Positions 20,102 through 29,565 of a stretch of 64,000 bases of DNA are shown one piece after another. Position 1 is the stretch's first letter, and each line of letters starts with the position of its first letter. Made by a program: the position numbers and the translations under genes. The notes under the pieces are model-generated. The model was not told where the DNA came from. It worked only from the letters and a program-made list of their open reading frames with translations, and did no database searches. Origin of the DNA: an uncultured virus (IMG/VR IMGVR_UViG_3300030116_006045) (taxonomy: Duplodnaviria > Heunggongvirae > Uroviricota > Caudoviricetes); the IMG/VR virus record IMGVR_UViG_3300030116_006045, positions 1 to 64,000 of that record; one strand, written 5' to 3'.

Positions 20102-20270
20102 CTATACAGTATCTCTTTTATTAAAGAACGCCCTTTGGGTTCACGCTGGCTCAAGAGCCTTTTCACCACATCTGGGGCATATTCTCTTGATAGCTTTAGC
20201 GCGAAGCATACGCTGAGTAGCCCAACCACAGGCTCTACACCTTGCAGCTTCCCACTCAAGACCCAATGGA

Positions 20271-21074
20271 TCACCGTAACAACGAAGCCTGAAAGACCCA
20301 TCCAGATCCACCACAGTCGATTATCAAACGGACACCCTGTTCCTCAGCTCGGAAATCAATGAAATGCAAATCAACATTACCTGTCATTTCCTTGAGAACA
20401 GAATCCAACCCACCCTCGAACACTACTTCTATCACGGGGAAATCTGTTTCTTCGTTTTCCCACTCTGTTGTAGTGTGTCCTTTGAGTTCATCACCCACCG
20501 ATAGGGTGATTTTACCTTCGCCCAGGCTAAAGGTGTAGCGATTTAGCTTCTGTCCATTCATGGTATCGCAACGTAGGGCTTCAAACAGCTCCGTTGCATC
20601 TACTGTCCAAGACAGCATAGCCTCACGCTTATCTCCAGATCGTAGTGTGTACGACCCTTTGGGATCAATCTGTTCAGCCAGCTGAACACTCTTACCTTCC
20701 CACTCACCAATAGTATCAGTGCTATGTGGAAAGGCCAAACCACCGAGATCAGATAGTAGCGTCGTCTGTTTAGAGCCGGACTTGACTCGCAGCTTACTAC
20801 CATCCAGGGAGAGTGTAACACTCGATCCGTGAAACTTCAAGACACCTAACAACCGATCAATATCAGGAATGGGTATCTCCCCAGTTCCATGAGCGGGAAC
20901 TCGGAAGTGAGATAGGCTCGTCTTACCATCTCGCACCAAGCTCGTCGTAGTGCATGAGTCGTTCTCAAACCTTAGAATTGTAGCAAGCACCTGGTCTTGA
21001 GGCTTACCAGCTACAACCTGCGGTCGCTTAGTCAAATTAAGTAGTCGTTGTAACGATGCGTTATTTATGTTCAT
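20271..21074 (-). CDS. Putative DNA sliding clamp (PCNA-like)
   Basis: 267 aa with two repeats of the beta-alpha-beta-beta-beta clamp pattern; lies between polB and RPA/RFC genes. Confidence 0.65.
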   Translation of the reverse strand: MNINNASLQRLLNLTKRPQVVAGKPQDQVLATILRFENDSCTTTSLVRDGKTSLSHFRVPAHGTGEIPIPDIDRLLGVLKFHGSSVTLSLDGSKLRVKSGSKQTTLLSDLGGLAFPHSTDTIGEWEGKSVQLAEQIDPKGSYTLRSGDKREAMLSWTVDATELFEALRCDTMNGQKLNRYTFSLGEGKITLSVGDELKGHTTTEWENEETDFPVIEVVFEGGLDSVLKEMTGNVDLHFIDFRAEEQGVRLIIDCGGSGWVFQASLLR

Positions 21075-21078
21075 TTTT

Positions 21079-21267
21079 TCACCTGTTCTGTCTAATCTTA
21101 AGACAGGATTTACAATTTACGTGCGATCCATCATGGATCACAACATTATCATACAGACGGGCCAAGCCCCTGCAGTCGAGAATGTACACGGAACCGAAGC
21201 GTTTCACGCGATGCCTAACATCACTTGAGCCAAGTGAAGCCACCTGACACTTCGCTGGTAAGCTCAC
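21079..21267 (-). CDS. Small Cys/His-rich protein
   Basis: VNCKSC motif; coupled to neighbours. Confidence 0.45.
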   Translation of the reverse strand: MSLPAKCQVASLGSSDVRHRVKRFGSVYILDCRGLARLYDNVVIHDGSHVNCKSCLKIRQNR

Positions 21268-21488
21268 CCACTCACCTCAAACTCAGCGACGTTATCACGC
21301 TTGGCGACATAACGAATAATAGATTCAAACTGGGCCTGAAGCTGACAGACATCCATCATTTCCTTAGATAGTAGCTCCATTTCACCCTCGAATGTGGCGA
21401 CGGAATCTTCCAGATCCTTTACGGTTTTAGTTAGGGCCTCAAGCATCTGTGTTAGTGAGTCGATTAGATCTAATGTAGCATCTCCCAC
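21264..21488 (-). CDS. Small coiled-coil protein
   Basis: Heptad repeats. Confidence 0.5.
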   Translation of the reverse strand: MGDATLDLIDSLTQMLEALTKTVKDLEDSVATFEGEMELLSKEMMDVCQLQAQFESIIRYVAKRDNVAEFEVSG

Positions 21489-21492
21489 GTGA

Positions 21493-22467
21493 TCACCATC
21501 GTAGTTCAGGTAGCCCTTTGAAGTCCACTTTACCGTTCTTAACAGATAGAATAACTCGATCTTGACCTACCAAATCCATACCCTTACCCTTGATTTCTTC
21601 GATGCGAGCTTTGATGACCCACTCATCGGCATCCAGGGAGCTGTCGGCATACACACCAGCTGAACTGTCGCCCTTCTTCTGATAGCGACCCATGAAAAGC
21701 TGTTGGCTTACAATACGCTGTGTACCATCAACCCAATCAGGGCGTTCGCCAACCTTCATCAGACCCTTAGACCCGTTTCCTAGATCCGCGTATTGTTTAT
21801 CGTCTTTGAGATGGAATGTGAAATACACCTTATCCACAGGTAGCCCGTGAAGTCGTGTGATAGTGTCTCTGAATAGCTGGTTCCTGGTGCGCCACTCCTT
21901 CTGATTGAAAGAGTCGCCTTCTTCCTTGATCACACCGCGAGATAGTAAAACATCAGTCATGGCGAACTCACACCACTTCATGTAAGTAGAACCACCATCG
22001 AAGATTACAGCTGCGTAATCATCAGGGTTAGCTGTTATTTCCTCAGCCATTAGATTCACGAAGATTCTCGTCTTATCGATCAAAGCTTTCCAATTGACAC
22101 TCATATCTTCATGGAAGATAGAATCGTCTGTCTCATCGAATATGTTTAGAATCATGATATTGGGATCATCTCCGTACACATGAAACACGGTCTGAGAAGC
22201 ACTGTTGTCGAAGTCGAAGATGATTACCTTACGACCCTTCTCAATGTCGTCGTCGTTGCGAGCTAAGTGTAGAGCAAGACCCGTCTTGAGTGTGTTTTCA
22301 CGACCAACAAGAGCCATACGTTGCTGTGGCTTTGCCGTGTGCTTCTTCTCGAATAGTCCACGATAGTAATCAATACCATAGCTGGTAGATACCTCTTCGC
22401 CTTTGGTCTGTCCAGATCCTGCAGCCTTGCCGCCGGAACCCCCCCAGGGCGAACTCAAGCGTCCCAC
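21493..22467 (-). CDS. RecA-like/Sak4-like (AAA_24) ATPase, recombination protein
   Basis: Degenerate Walker A GRENTLKT, IIFDFD, and Walker B AVIFDG; adjacent to RPA. Confidence 0.7.
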   Translation of the reverse strand: MGRLSSPWGGSGGKAAGSGQTKGEEVSTSYGIDYYRGLFEKKHTAKPQQRMALVGRENTLKTGLALHLARNDDDIEKGRKVIIFDFDNSASQTVFHVYGDDPNIMILNIFDETDDSIFHEDMSVNWKALIDKTRIFVNLMAEEITANPDDYAAVIFDGGSTYMKWCEFAMTDVLLSRGVIKEEGDSFNQKEWRTRNQLFRDTITRLHGLPVDKVYFTFHLKDDKQYADLGNGSKGLMKVGERPDWVDGTQRIVSQQLFMGRYQKKGDSSAGVYADSSLDADEWVIKARIEEIKGKGMDLVGQDRVILSVKNGKVDFKGLPELRW

Positions 22468-23687
22468 CCACCATTGTCTCCATCAGAGGTAGGGAGATCG
22501 GAAGCGATAGCATCACAGATGAACCAACCTGTGCAGTCCAAACGAGGCTCGTTGTCCCGACTCATCCAAGCGCGACCTACAAGAGCTATTTCGGAACCAA
22601 CGCCGAAATTGATCAGGTCTTCTTGTTCACCTGGAACATACACATCAACAGCTGGTGCGGTAGATGTAATGTCGAGATCACCGACAGTAATGATGTAGCC
22701 GCCCTTCTCACGCGGATCAATGTGTACAACCTCACCATGAACAGCACACAGCTTATCCCAACGCTCATCGGTATCAGCCCACTTAGCGATATGCTCAGGA
22801 AGCAAATCGAAAGAAGGCAAGAAATCACCGTCAGGCCATGTGCCATCAACGAGCTTCGGAATCAAACCAGCAGGGCCGTTCTCACCAATAACGAGTGGAG
22901 ATACAGCAAAGATAGAAGCAACAGCATCGTCAGCTGTGAACTTAGTAACACCAACCTTACCATAACCCACACCGTTACGACCCATACGAACAGGGATGCG
23001 ACCAGGCACGAAGGTAGGATAGATTGTCTCCGCCAAATCACCCTCGGTCTTGACGGTGATTAGCTGAACATCATCATCACCATTCTTGCGTCCGAGGAAT
23101 AAAGATTCACGGCTTGGTTCAGACAAACGGCGAGCGCGACCGAAACGAGGATTGGGATCTCCCGAAGGATAGACAGGTGTTGTGTTGTTCTCGATGATCT
23201 GGAACCATGTAGTATCGTCCAGCTGTTCACAGAACTTAGGGAGTTCACTGATAGTAAGTTCAGCGTTGTCCTCAGAAAAAGCCCCTGTCTTGAAAGATGG
23301 ATTAACAGTATGAGTGTAAGATCCATCGAGATTGTCTTGAATCAAAGTGATACGACCCTGGGACACCAAAGCAACACGCGCATCATCCGATAGTGGTGTA
23401 AGAGTGTCTTTCATCTTCCTGTAAGCGAGCTTTGCCCAATCTTTGTAACGTGGAACACTTACGAACATACCTTCAAGGATTTCAGCACCGGAGCGCGAAA
23501 GCTTCTGAGCCTCGGCCTTAAGCTGGCGTCCGGCTACTCTTATTGCGAGTACGTCGCATTCGTCTTTCGTCTTACCGGAAGCTACCCACGCATTCTGATT
23601 TTCCGCGAGGACTGCATCCACGCGATCTTTCAGCTGGTCGGTCGAGATTCCTATGTTCTTTGCTACTGTGTTCATTAGGTCGGTCAT
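22455..23687 (-). CDS. Single-stranded DNA-binding protein (RPA-like, OB folds)
   Basis: C-terminal OB fold (VHGEVVHID...ITVGD...VGSEIALVG) and an acidic tail; next to the recombinase-like ATPase. Confidence 0.65.
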   Translation of the reverse strand: MTDLMNTVAKNIGISTDQLKDRVDAVLAENQNAWVASGKTKDECDVLAIRVAGRQLKAEAQKLSRSGAEILEGMFVSVPRYKDWAKLAYRKMKDTLTPLSDDARVALVSQGRITLIQDNLDGSYTHTVNPSFKTGAFSEDNAELTISELPKFCEQLDDTTWFQIIENNTTPVYPSGDPNPRFGRARRLSEPSRESLFLGRKNGDDDVQLITVKTEGDLAETIYPTFVPGRIPVRMGRNGVGYGKVGVTKFTADDAVASIFAVSPLVIGENGPAGLIPKLVDGTWPDGDFLPSFDLLPEHIAKWADTDERWDKLCAVHGEVVHIDPREKGGYIITVGDLDITSTAPAVDVYVPGEQEDLINFGVGSEIALVGRAWMSRDNEPRLDCTGWFICDAIASDLPTSDGDNGGWDA

Positions 23688-23744
23688 TGTTGATACCCAT
23701 CTGTCGCACAGACCACACCCATATAAGTGTTCTGATAAAACAAA

Positions 23745-24017
23745 TCAAGGCGTATATGACGGCGATTCGTCGCCCCCTTCTATCTGTCCGTGTAGCAAAG
23801 CATGAGCCATTGAGCTGTCGTATGCGACAGAACCAGGACCGCAACACACCCACTCACATTCATCACAAGCAGCTATGATCACCATCTCATTGAATAGGGT
23901 AACACCAGGCAACCTAAGAATAGGTATGCACTCACCAGGTAGCCACTCATTCCCTTCAGGATCAATATAAGACATAGCAAAGGTTTCTTCCTCGAACATC
24001 AAATCAATTATATCCAT
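23745..24017 (-). CDS. Hypothetical Zn-binding protein
   Basis: CDEC...H..H; similar to 34563-34859 (YIDP.G..W....IP.L.L..GT..NE.VI...C..C). Confidence 0.55.
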   Translation of the reverse strand: MDIIDLMFEEETFAMSYIDPEGNEWLPGECIPILRLPGVTLFNEMVIIAACDECEWVCCGPGSVAYDSSMAHALLHGQIEGGDESPSYTP

Positions 24018-24796
24018 TTGACTCTTGATTCTTTTTCCGACTTGAGTAATTTATGTCGTTGCGCCCACTCGATAGCATAAGTCATACAATTATTACACGC
24101 TAAGGGGGGATCTTCTCTTTTTTCACATAACGAGCATTTTTTCCCCGTTTTATGTGCTAGATATCGGGCTTCTACACTCCATGCAAATGAATCGGCACTG
24201 TGAAGGAATCTACCGTACTTATCTAACCCACGAATCTTTACCCCAAAACCATGCAGCTTCAGTCCCTTTCGATAGAACCTTTCTACAATATCAGCTATTT
24301 CATCTTTCGATTGTCTCCTACAAACCGAACCCAACCCTACCAGATCCTCCTTTACTAAATCCACACCAGCTTTAGCATACATATCAAAACAATTCTCGTA
24401 ATCCTCCAAAGACCAACCTTGAAGAACAGGGATAAATGGGAGATCAGGAGCTGTTGAACGCAAGTAAAGAAAATTATCTACTGTTCGACGTTGATGTTCT
24501 TCGACGGATAAACCGGTCTTTTCTATGATCCAGGGTTCAACCATCCAATCTTGAGGTGCAGCCCACTGAAGACCACCCCATGACTGATACCGCCTAACAG
24601 ATTCTATGTACGAATCAGCATCTATTGTCCATGTGCCATGTAAGTTCAGCTCGGTGAAACCGCCTGAATCCAAAGCCCATGTGCTTATTGCGTTACGTTC
24701 TTTCTTTGTGGTCATCAAGGTTCGATGACTAATGAATAAAGGATGCTTTGTTCTTTCAAGCCAAACAGCTTTGTGGCATCCAATGAAAAACCGCAT
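24008..24796 (-). CDS. dpdA: DpdA-like (TGT-fold) deazaguanine DNA transglycosylase
   Basis: TGT-family motifs ALDSGGF, APQDWM.EP, IPVLQGW, VGLGSVC, LHGFGVK and SADSFAW; C-terminal Cys cluster. Confidence 0.75.
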   Translation of the reverse strand: MRFFIGCHKAVWLERTKHPLFISHRTLMTTKKERNAISTWALDSGGFTELNLHGTWTIDADSYIESVRRYQSWGGLQWAAPQDWMVEPWIIEKTGLSVEEHQRRTVDNFLYLRSTAPDLPFIPVLQGWSLEDYENCFDMYAKAGVDLVKEDLVGLGSVCRRQSKDEIADIVERFYRKGLKLHGFGVKIRGLDKYGRFLHSADSFAWSVEARYLAHKTGKKCSLCEKREDPPLACNNCMTYAIEWAQRHKLLKSEKESRVKWI

Positions 24797-24797
24797 A

Positions 24798-25415
24798 CTA
24801 TCGATCTCCTAAGTGATATACTTCTTCTCGAATTAGCTTCATTCGTTTTCTTTTTTCAGAAGGACTACCCAAAATAAAAATAAAACGATGTTTTGATTCT
24901 CTCCTTACAGGTTTCCAACCAAACGATCTAGCTTGCTCCTTTGTGATATTTTCACCACACTGTCGAGGATGTCTTAAACGAACACCGTCATAATAGAACG
25001 TGGTTTTAGAGGTCATGCCGGAATAAATAGCATTTGAAGCGCGATAGATCGTCCCATTGTGACCTTCGGTCGAATCCGCATAACTGACCAACCCCCAAAT
25101 ATCCGGTCTTACAACACGACACAATTTGAAACATCTTGAAATAAACCACGATTCCGTATTCTTAGGTGTGTCGTCGATCAACACTAAACGATGTAGTTCT
25201 TTTACGTGATCCTTAAGCTCAGGTCCGAAGATATATGAGCGTACGGCTTCTGAACCAGGAGTAGCTATTAGCATAGCACCAATCAACCTCCCATCATCGT
25301 AAAGACCGAAGCATGGGTTAGGGCTTCTCATCGCTCCGTGTGAGTAATGATGCTTAATTACGAACTCTTTACCAACCTTAGCTGAAATATGCCTTACTTC
25401 GTAGGTTTCTTTCAT
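24798..25415 (-). CDS. mom: Mom-family (GNAT-fold) adenine-modification enzyme
   Basis: Motifs FVIKHHYS, FGLY..GRLIG, ELHRL...PKNTESWFIS and VSYAD..GH.GTIYRASN.IY.G are characteristic of phage Mu Mom relatives. Confidence 0.8.
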   Translation of the reverse strand: MKETYEVRHISAKVGKEFVIKHHYSHGAMRSPNPCFGLYDDGRLIGAMLIATPGSEAVRSYIFGPELKDHVKELHRLVLIDDTPKNTESWFISRCFKLCRVVRPDIWGLVSYADSTEGHNGTIYRASNAIYSGMTSKTTFYYDGVRLRHPRQCGENITKEQARSFGWKPVRRESKHRFIFILGSPSEKRKRMKLIREEVYHLGDR

Positions 25416-25416
25416 G

Positions 25417-26325
25417 CTACTGACCTTTCAATAATCTACAAAAGTTCCATGTCACGATCTGGGAATCAACACCATCAATGAGATCCCTTTCAGATTGAAT
25501 CGCTGCGTCAATCACACGTAACTTAGATTTCGATCCGGCTGGTGTATTTACAGCGTAAGCAAACACAGCATGAATACGCTCGCGTACAACCCCACCGTTT
25601 TTCATCAGTTCATCAATAGCATCCTCGATAGCTCCTTCGGTGAAGGCCAGCTTGAGAACGCGCTCAGGTGAGAAGTCAGGGGCTTCAAGCCCATGAATAA
25701 AACGACGACGTTCATTCTCACCCAAATGAGCTGCTGTCTGCAAAGCACCGATAGCATTCCGTAGATCACCTTTGTGCTTACCGGCTATTACTCGAATAGC
25801 GTGGTCGTCCACTTCAACACCTTCCAACGCCGCAATCTTAGCCAAGCGAATCTCAGCGATTTCAGCTGGGATAGGTTTGAATGTGCGTAAGGCGCATCGT
25901 GATTGAATCCAGGGAGATACCCTGGAGAGATCATTACAAGTTAGTATGAAGTAACCTTGAGCATCCTCGATAACACCTTTCAAGGCATCCTGAGCTTGAG
26001 GCGTTAATCGATCTGCCTCGTCGAGAAGAAACATAGTTTCCCATATTCCTATTCGAGACATAGGAGCTACGTCCTCTTCTATGAACTCAATACCTCTCTG
26101 TCTCTTCGATGAAGCATTGAACTTATGCAATTGTAGATTCAGCTTTTCAGCTAATATGTACGCGAGAGTCGTCTTACCTGTGCCTGGTTCGGGCGAGTAG
26201 AACAGATAGTGTTGCATCGGGGCATCACCCTCGATGATTGAACGGAACTCTTCGATGATTCCGTCCTGTCCGACAACATCATCCAGATCCGTTGGCCTGT
26301 GCTTTTCCCACCAAATCTCCTTCAT
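25417..26325 (-). CDS. rfcS: Replication factor C small subunit (clamp loader)
   Basis: WWEKHRP..LDDVVGQ, PGTGKTT, FNASSKR.RGI, LLDEADRLT..AQDAL, IQSRC and GDLRNAI. Start reset to the MKEIWWEK ATG at 26325. Confidence 0.93.
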   Translation of the reverse strand: MKEIWWEKHRPTDLDDVVGQDGIIEEFRSIIEGDAPMQHYLFYSPEPGTGKTTLAYILAEKLNLQLHKFNASSKRQRGIEFIEEDVAPMSRIGIWETMFLLDEADRLTPQAQDALKGVIEDAQGYFILTCNDLSRVSPWIQSRCALRTFKPIPAEIAEIRLAKIAALEGVEVDDHAIRVIAGKHKGDLRNAIGALQTAAHLGENERRRFIHGLEAPDFSPERVLKLAFTEGAIEDAIDELMKNGGVVRERIHAVFAYAVNTPAGSKSKLRVIDAAIQSERDLIDGVDSQIVTWNFCRLLKGQ

Positions 26326-26329
26326 CGAA

Positions 26330-26584
26330 TCAATCCCTATCGTAATAAATAGAACGACGCATAGCTCGTTGGTCGTCTGCTTCAGCACAACATTCCCAAC
26401 AGATACGGTCATCATTTAGTTCACTTCTGTAATCTGAATACTCTTCACAAATGCGGCACTTCAACCAGGCACAGTCGAGGCAAGAAGGACCGCCGGTTAG
26501 CGGATTAACAGCTTGATCACAATCAGGATGAGCGCAGACATAATCTTCGGCTGAATAGCCATGTTCGCATTCACTCATCTTCAT
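26330..26584 (-). CDS. Cys-rich hypothetical protein
   Basis: Multiple CxxC pairs. Confidence 0.55.
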   Translation of the reverse strand: MKMSECEHGYSAEDYVCAHPDCDQAVNPLTGGPSCLDCAWLKCRICEEYSDYRSELNDDRICWECCAEADDQRAMRRSIYYDRD

Positions 26585-26879
26585 CAGCTGGCCTTTGTGC
26601 TTCTTCTACCATTAGTTCCTGGAACTCTTTGTTTTCTTTTTCTATCATCTTCACGACGTCCAGGCAATTATCCATCTTCCTGTAAAGCAGCCAAGCCTGA
26701 TCCTTCAATTCCTTGATGCTTTCCAGATCCATAGTGATTAGCTGAACAGTAGGCAAGTTCATGCAATTCGATAGTGTCGGTTTATATCCCATACTCAGAC
26801 CCCCATGTAGTATTCTTCCCAACGAAGCTGGCTGATGTAAGCGTGTGTGTCGGCTTCCATCTGATTGTTGTATTGGCAA
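26571..26879 (-). CDS. Hypothetical coiled-coil protein (true start probably at MGYKP)
   Basis: Operon packing and heptads. Confidence 0.45.
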   Translation of the reverse strand: MPIQQSDGSRHTRLHQPASLGRILHGGLSMGYKPTLSNCMNLPTVQLITMDLESIKELKDQAWLLYRKMDNCLDVVKMIEKENKEFQELMVEEAQRPADEDE

Positions 26880-27124
26880 GGCTCACACATATCATCAATC
26901 TCTAACTTCATCATCCCTCGGACACGCTCAATCGTCTGAGCTGTCTTACTGGTAATCGGCTGGCGGTCATCACCAATGGGTAGTTCACAATCTACGCATC
27001 GGATAGTCGGTCTTGTAATGAAACGAATTACACTTCGCTTCTTGGTTGTCGGTCGGAGTCCCATAAATAAAGGTAGGGAAGTTCCCTTATTTATACCCTT
27101 ACATTGTTCTAATTCCGCGTTCAC
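26795..27124 (-). CDS. Hypothetical Zn-finger protein (start uncertain)
   Basis: CVDC...CEPC. Confidence 0.45.
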   Translation of the reverse strand: MNAELEQCKGINKGTSLPLFMGLRPTTKKRSVIRFITRPTIRCVDCELPIGDDRQPITSKTAQTIERVRGMMKLEIDDMCEPCQYNNQMEADTHAYISQLRWEEYYMGV

Positions 27125-27503
27125 AGAATAAACAGTGATCTATTTCAGGTGGGATTAAACGACGCATACCACACGCTGTACACTGAGTCATTTTCCTACA
27201 TACAGATTTAGGTTGATGAGCTGCAGGTGTTGTAAAGTAAATGTCTCCTTCTCCCAGGATGAGATTTCTATTTACATCATAGAGGGTTTGCTGTTCCCAT
27301 CCTCGATGAGTTTGCACTTTTGTTTTACCGACATCCTCGAATTGTTTGGATCTGGAAAGTAAAGAAACGATGCGAGTGTGGGAAGCTTGGTTTCTAGGGT
27401 TGGCTGTTTGAAGACGATCCCGTAATTGATCGACAGTCATGGGTCCATTAACAAAAAGTTCCTTTATGGCTGCTTGCCTAACTCTTGTATTGTGGCTGCC
27501 CAC
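27099..27503 (-). CDS. Winged-HTH protein with C-terminal Zn ribbon
   Basis: GPMTVDQLRDRL...IVSLLSRSKQFEDVG and CTAC/CLFC; TTGA box exactly 31 nt upstream of the GTG. Confidence 0.65.
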   Translation of the reverse strand: MGSHNTRVRQAAIKELFVNGPMTVDQLRDRLQTANPRNQASHTRIVSLLSRSKQFEDVGKTKVQTHRGWEQQTLYDVNRNLILGEGDIYFTTPAAHQPKSVCRKMTQCTACGMRRLIPPEIDHCLFCERGIRTM

Positions 27504-27545
27504 GCCAAGTGATCGTGTGCAGTAGATAAATCAAGGTTCGTCCTT

Positions 27546-28220
27546 TTACAACCATTCAGTTAGGGATTCTTTACGCTTCTTTACCCCCTTCGGCAACCCT
27601 CCTGGGTCCACTGATCTCAAATGATTAGCCACATCAGGAGCTAATCGAATTAGTTCTTCGGTGTAATAATCAGATCGACGGAAACCATGTGGTTGTTCAT
27701 CGTTATCTTTGTCCAGCTTACCTCTAACTGGTCTTTCAGGGCTGGACTTTACAGAAAATGCAAAGATAGCGTGAATGAAATCATCCGAAAGCTGGAAGGA
27801 CGATTTAGCTATGCGACGAGCTGTTTCTATGTCGTCGGGGCGATTCATTCTCCATATCGACAGTGAAAGCGGAATCGGCAATTTAGCGATTTCATTGTGC
27901 GCCCTGTTTCGATCATCCCACCGGAGAAGTGCTTCTATCGGTCGTCTAAAATCCTCACCGCCACGCGGTAAGCTCCGGTGTTCAATTACCAGATCGCGTG
28001 ACTTATCTGTAAGCTTAGGTGCTTTCTTGAGGATTACAACCAAACGATATGATACGATAGGCGACCATTCTATGATGTCCTTTTCTGTGAACTTAGATGT
28101 ATGTAAGATGTATGTTGTCTTAGGTGCTGTCGGGGGGCTGGTCAGCTGACTGTGCATAACTATGTAATCACCCTGTCGAAACTCAGAATCGTCGCCAGCT
28201 AAAATTATCACACCCATCAA
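27546..28220 (-). CDS. Hypothetical protein, possibly a degenerate clamp-loader (RFC-L-like) subunit
   Basis: Near rfcS; ends in a basic stretch plus PIP-like KESLTEWL; no Walker A. Confidence 0.4.
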   Translation of the reverse strand: MMGVIILAGDDSEFRQGDYIVMHSQLTSPPTAPKTTYILHTSKFTEKDIIEWSPIVSYRLVVILKKAPKLTDKSRDLVIEHRSLPRGGEDFRRPIEALLRWDDRNRAHNEIAKLPIPLSLSIWRMNRPDDIETARRIAKSSFQLSDDFIHAIFAFSVKSSPERPVRGKLDKDNDEQPHGFRRSDYYTEELIRLAPDVANHLRSVDPGGLPKGVKKRKESLTEWL

Positions 28221-28489
28221 TTAGCCTCCCAGGGGTTGTTCTCGTAAATGTAAGCCATGATTCTTCGGAATTGGTGATCCGTAAAACCCCACGCTTCCCG
28301 AACGACTCTTGCTTTGACTCGGTAGCGACCGGAATACCACTCGACACCACTTGATAGTATGAAACAGGATAGGTCATCTTCGCGCATCATTTCGATAAGG
28401 CCAGGTATTTCATCAGCTCGAATAGGTCGAGTTACTACCATACTGTCGTGTGGTCGCCACTTCATACGCTCAGGCTTCATCCTTATCAC
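28217..28489 (-). CDS. Hypothetical protein
   Basis: Coupled ORF in the operon. Confidence 0.5.
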   Translation of the reverse strand: MIRMKPERMKWRPHDSMVVTRPIRADEIPGLIEMMREDDLSCFILSSGVEWYSGRYRVKARVVREAWGFTDHQFRRIMAYIYENNPWEAN

Positions 28490-28799
28490 CCTTCTTTGGC
28501 TTCCATCTTTTACCAGTTGCGTTCATAACCAGCTCATCATAATTGAATCCTGGTGCGATTGTCCAAACGGTAGGAAAACGGATGCCCCTACCACCTTCCT
28601 CATATTTACTGAAAATGTGAGGGGTCTTGTTTAGTATGTTAGCCAACGCTTGCTTAGTCGGTACATACCGATACCTATTATCGATCATATGTCCTATGAT
28701 CTGGTTTGTCGTGCATGGTCCGTATTTCATTAGTATTCTAACAGCTTGAAGTCGCTTCTTAGCTCCTTTGCCGACTGTCTTGTGTATTGTGTGTTTCAT
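28470..28799 (-). CDS. Winged-HTH protein
   Basis: GPCTTNQII...PTKQALANILNKTPHIFSK. Confidence 0.6.
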   Translation of the reverse strand: MKHTIHKTVGKGAKKRLQAVRILMKYGPCTTNQIIGHMIDNRYRYVPTKQALANILNKTPHIFSKYEEGGRGIRFPTVWTIAPGFNYDELVMNATGKRWKPKKGDKDEA

Positions 28800-29008
28800 T
28801 CATTCACCCCTGTATCAAAGTCAGGATATTGATCACCATCAATTAGGCAAGCATTACACACAACCAAACTGGGAAGGATATAGATTCTCATTGTTTTGGT
28901 ATCGCCACATACATTACAATGCCCTGGAAACGAAGGATGATTTAGATTAGCCATGTTCATTTTTGGACTAAGCCGATTACGAAAGTATGGGGGGTAATAC
29001 TCATTCAT
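28796..29008 (-). CDS. Small Zn-finger protein
   Basis: CNVCG...CNAC. Confidence 0.55.
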   Translation of the reverse strand: MNEYYPPYFRNRLSPKMNMANLNHPSFPGHCNVCGDTKTMRIYILPSLVVCNACLIDGDQYPDFDTGVNE

Positions 29009-29565
29009 TCCAGATCCACCTCAAAGTCAACATCTTGAATATTACTTGGGCTTTTCAGAGCAGCGAATCGTAGCTCGATTTGATCGAGAAGGTGAGGTTT
29101 GTCTGATAGAACTTCAATGAGAATAGAGGACAACATATTCATACGTTGATCAGCTAAGAATAACTGCGAATCAACACCGATTTCTTTCTTGAGCTGGCCC
29201 ACAAGCTTGAGCGAAGATGTGGTTTGCCCTACGAGTTTCGTTGCTGTTGCTACCCATTCAGCGGTCATGCCTTCTCGGTCCTTGAGATCTTCAAGCTCGT
29301 CGAGCCATCCAACCATACGCTGCAGTATTGATTCAGCCGTGTTGAGAGTGTCGATACTCTCGGTTCTCATTTCTTCAACTAAGCGTTCTTCTTCTGGAGT
29401 GTAGTCAATGTGATCCCTCATGTGAGTGGACGCTGTACCAACAGGCCACCCATACTTCGCATCTACCCAAGCGTAAGTGTGTTCACCTCGATGCAATTTG
29501 ATCTCAAGCTGACGGCGTACTGTTTGTGGTAATTTACAAAATGGGCATTCATTCATTGGTTTCAC
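29005..29565 (-). CDS. Zn-HTH/helical protein, possible terminase small subunit
   Basis: CPFC...H...H HTH-like N-terminus followed by long amphipathic helices, an architecture typical of TerS; not adjacent to terL. Confidence 0.4.
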   Translation of the reverse strand: MKPMNECPFCKLPQTVRRQLEIKLHRGEHTYAWVDAKYGWPVGTASTHMRDHIDYTPEEERLVEEMRTESIDTLNTAESILQRMVGWLDELEDLKDREGMTAEWVATATKLVGQTTSSLKLVGQLKKEIGVDSQLFLADQRMNMLSSILIEVLSDKPHLLDQIELRFAALKSPSNIQDVDFEVDLE

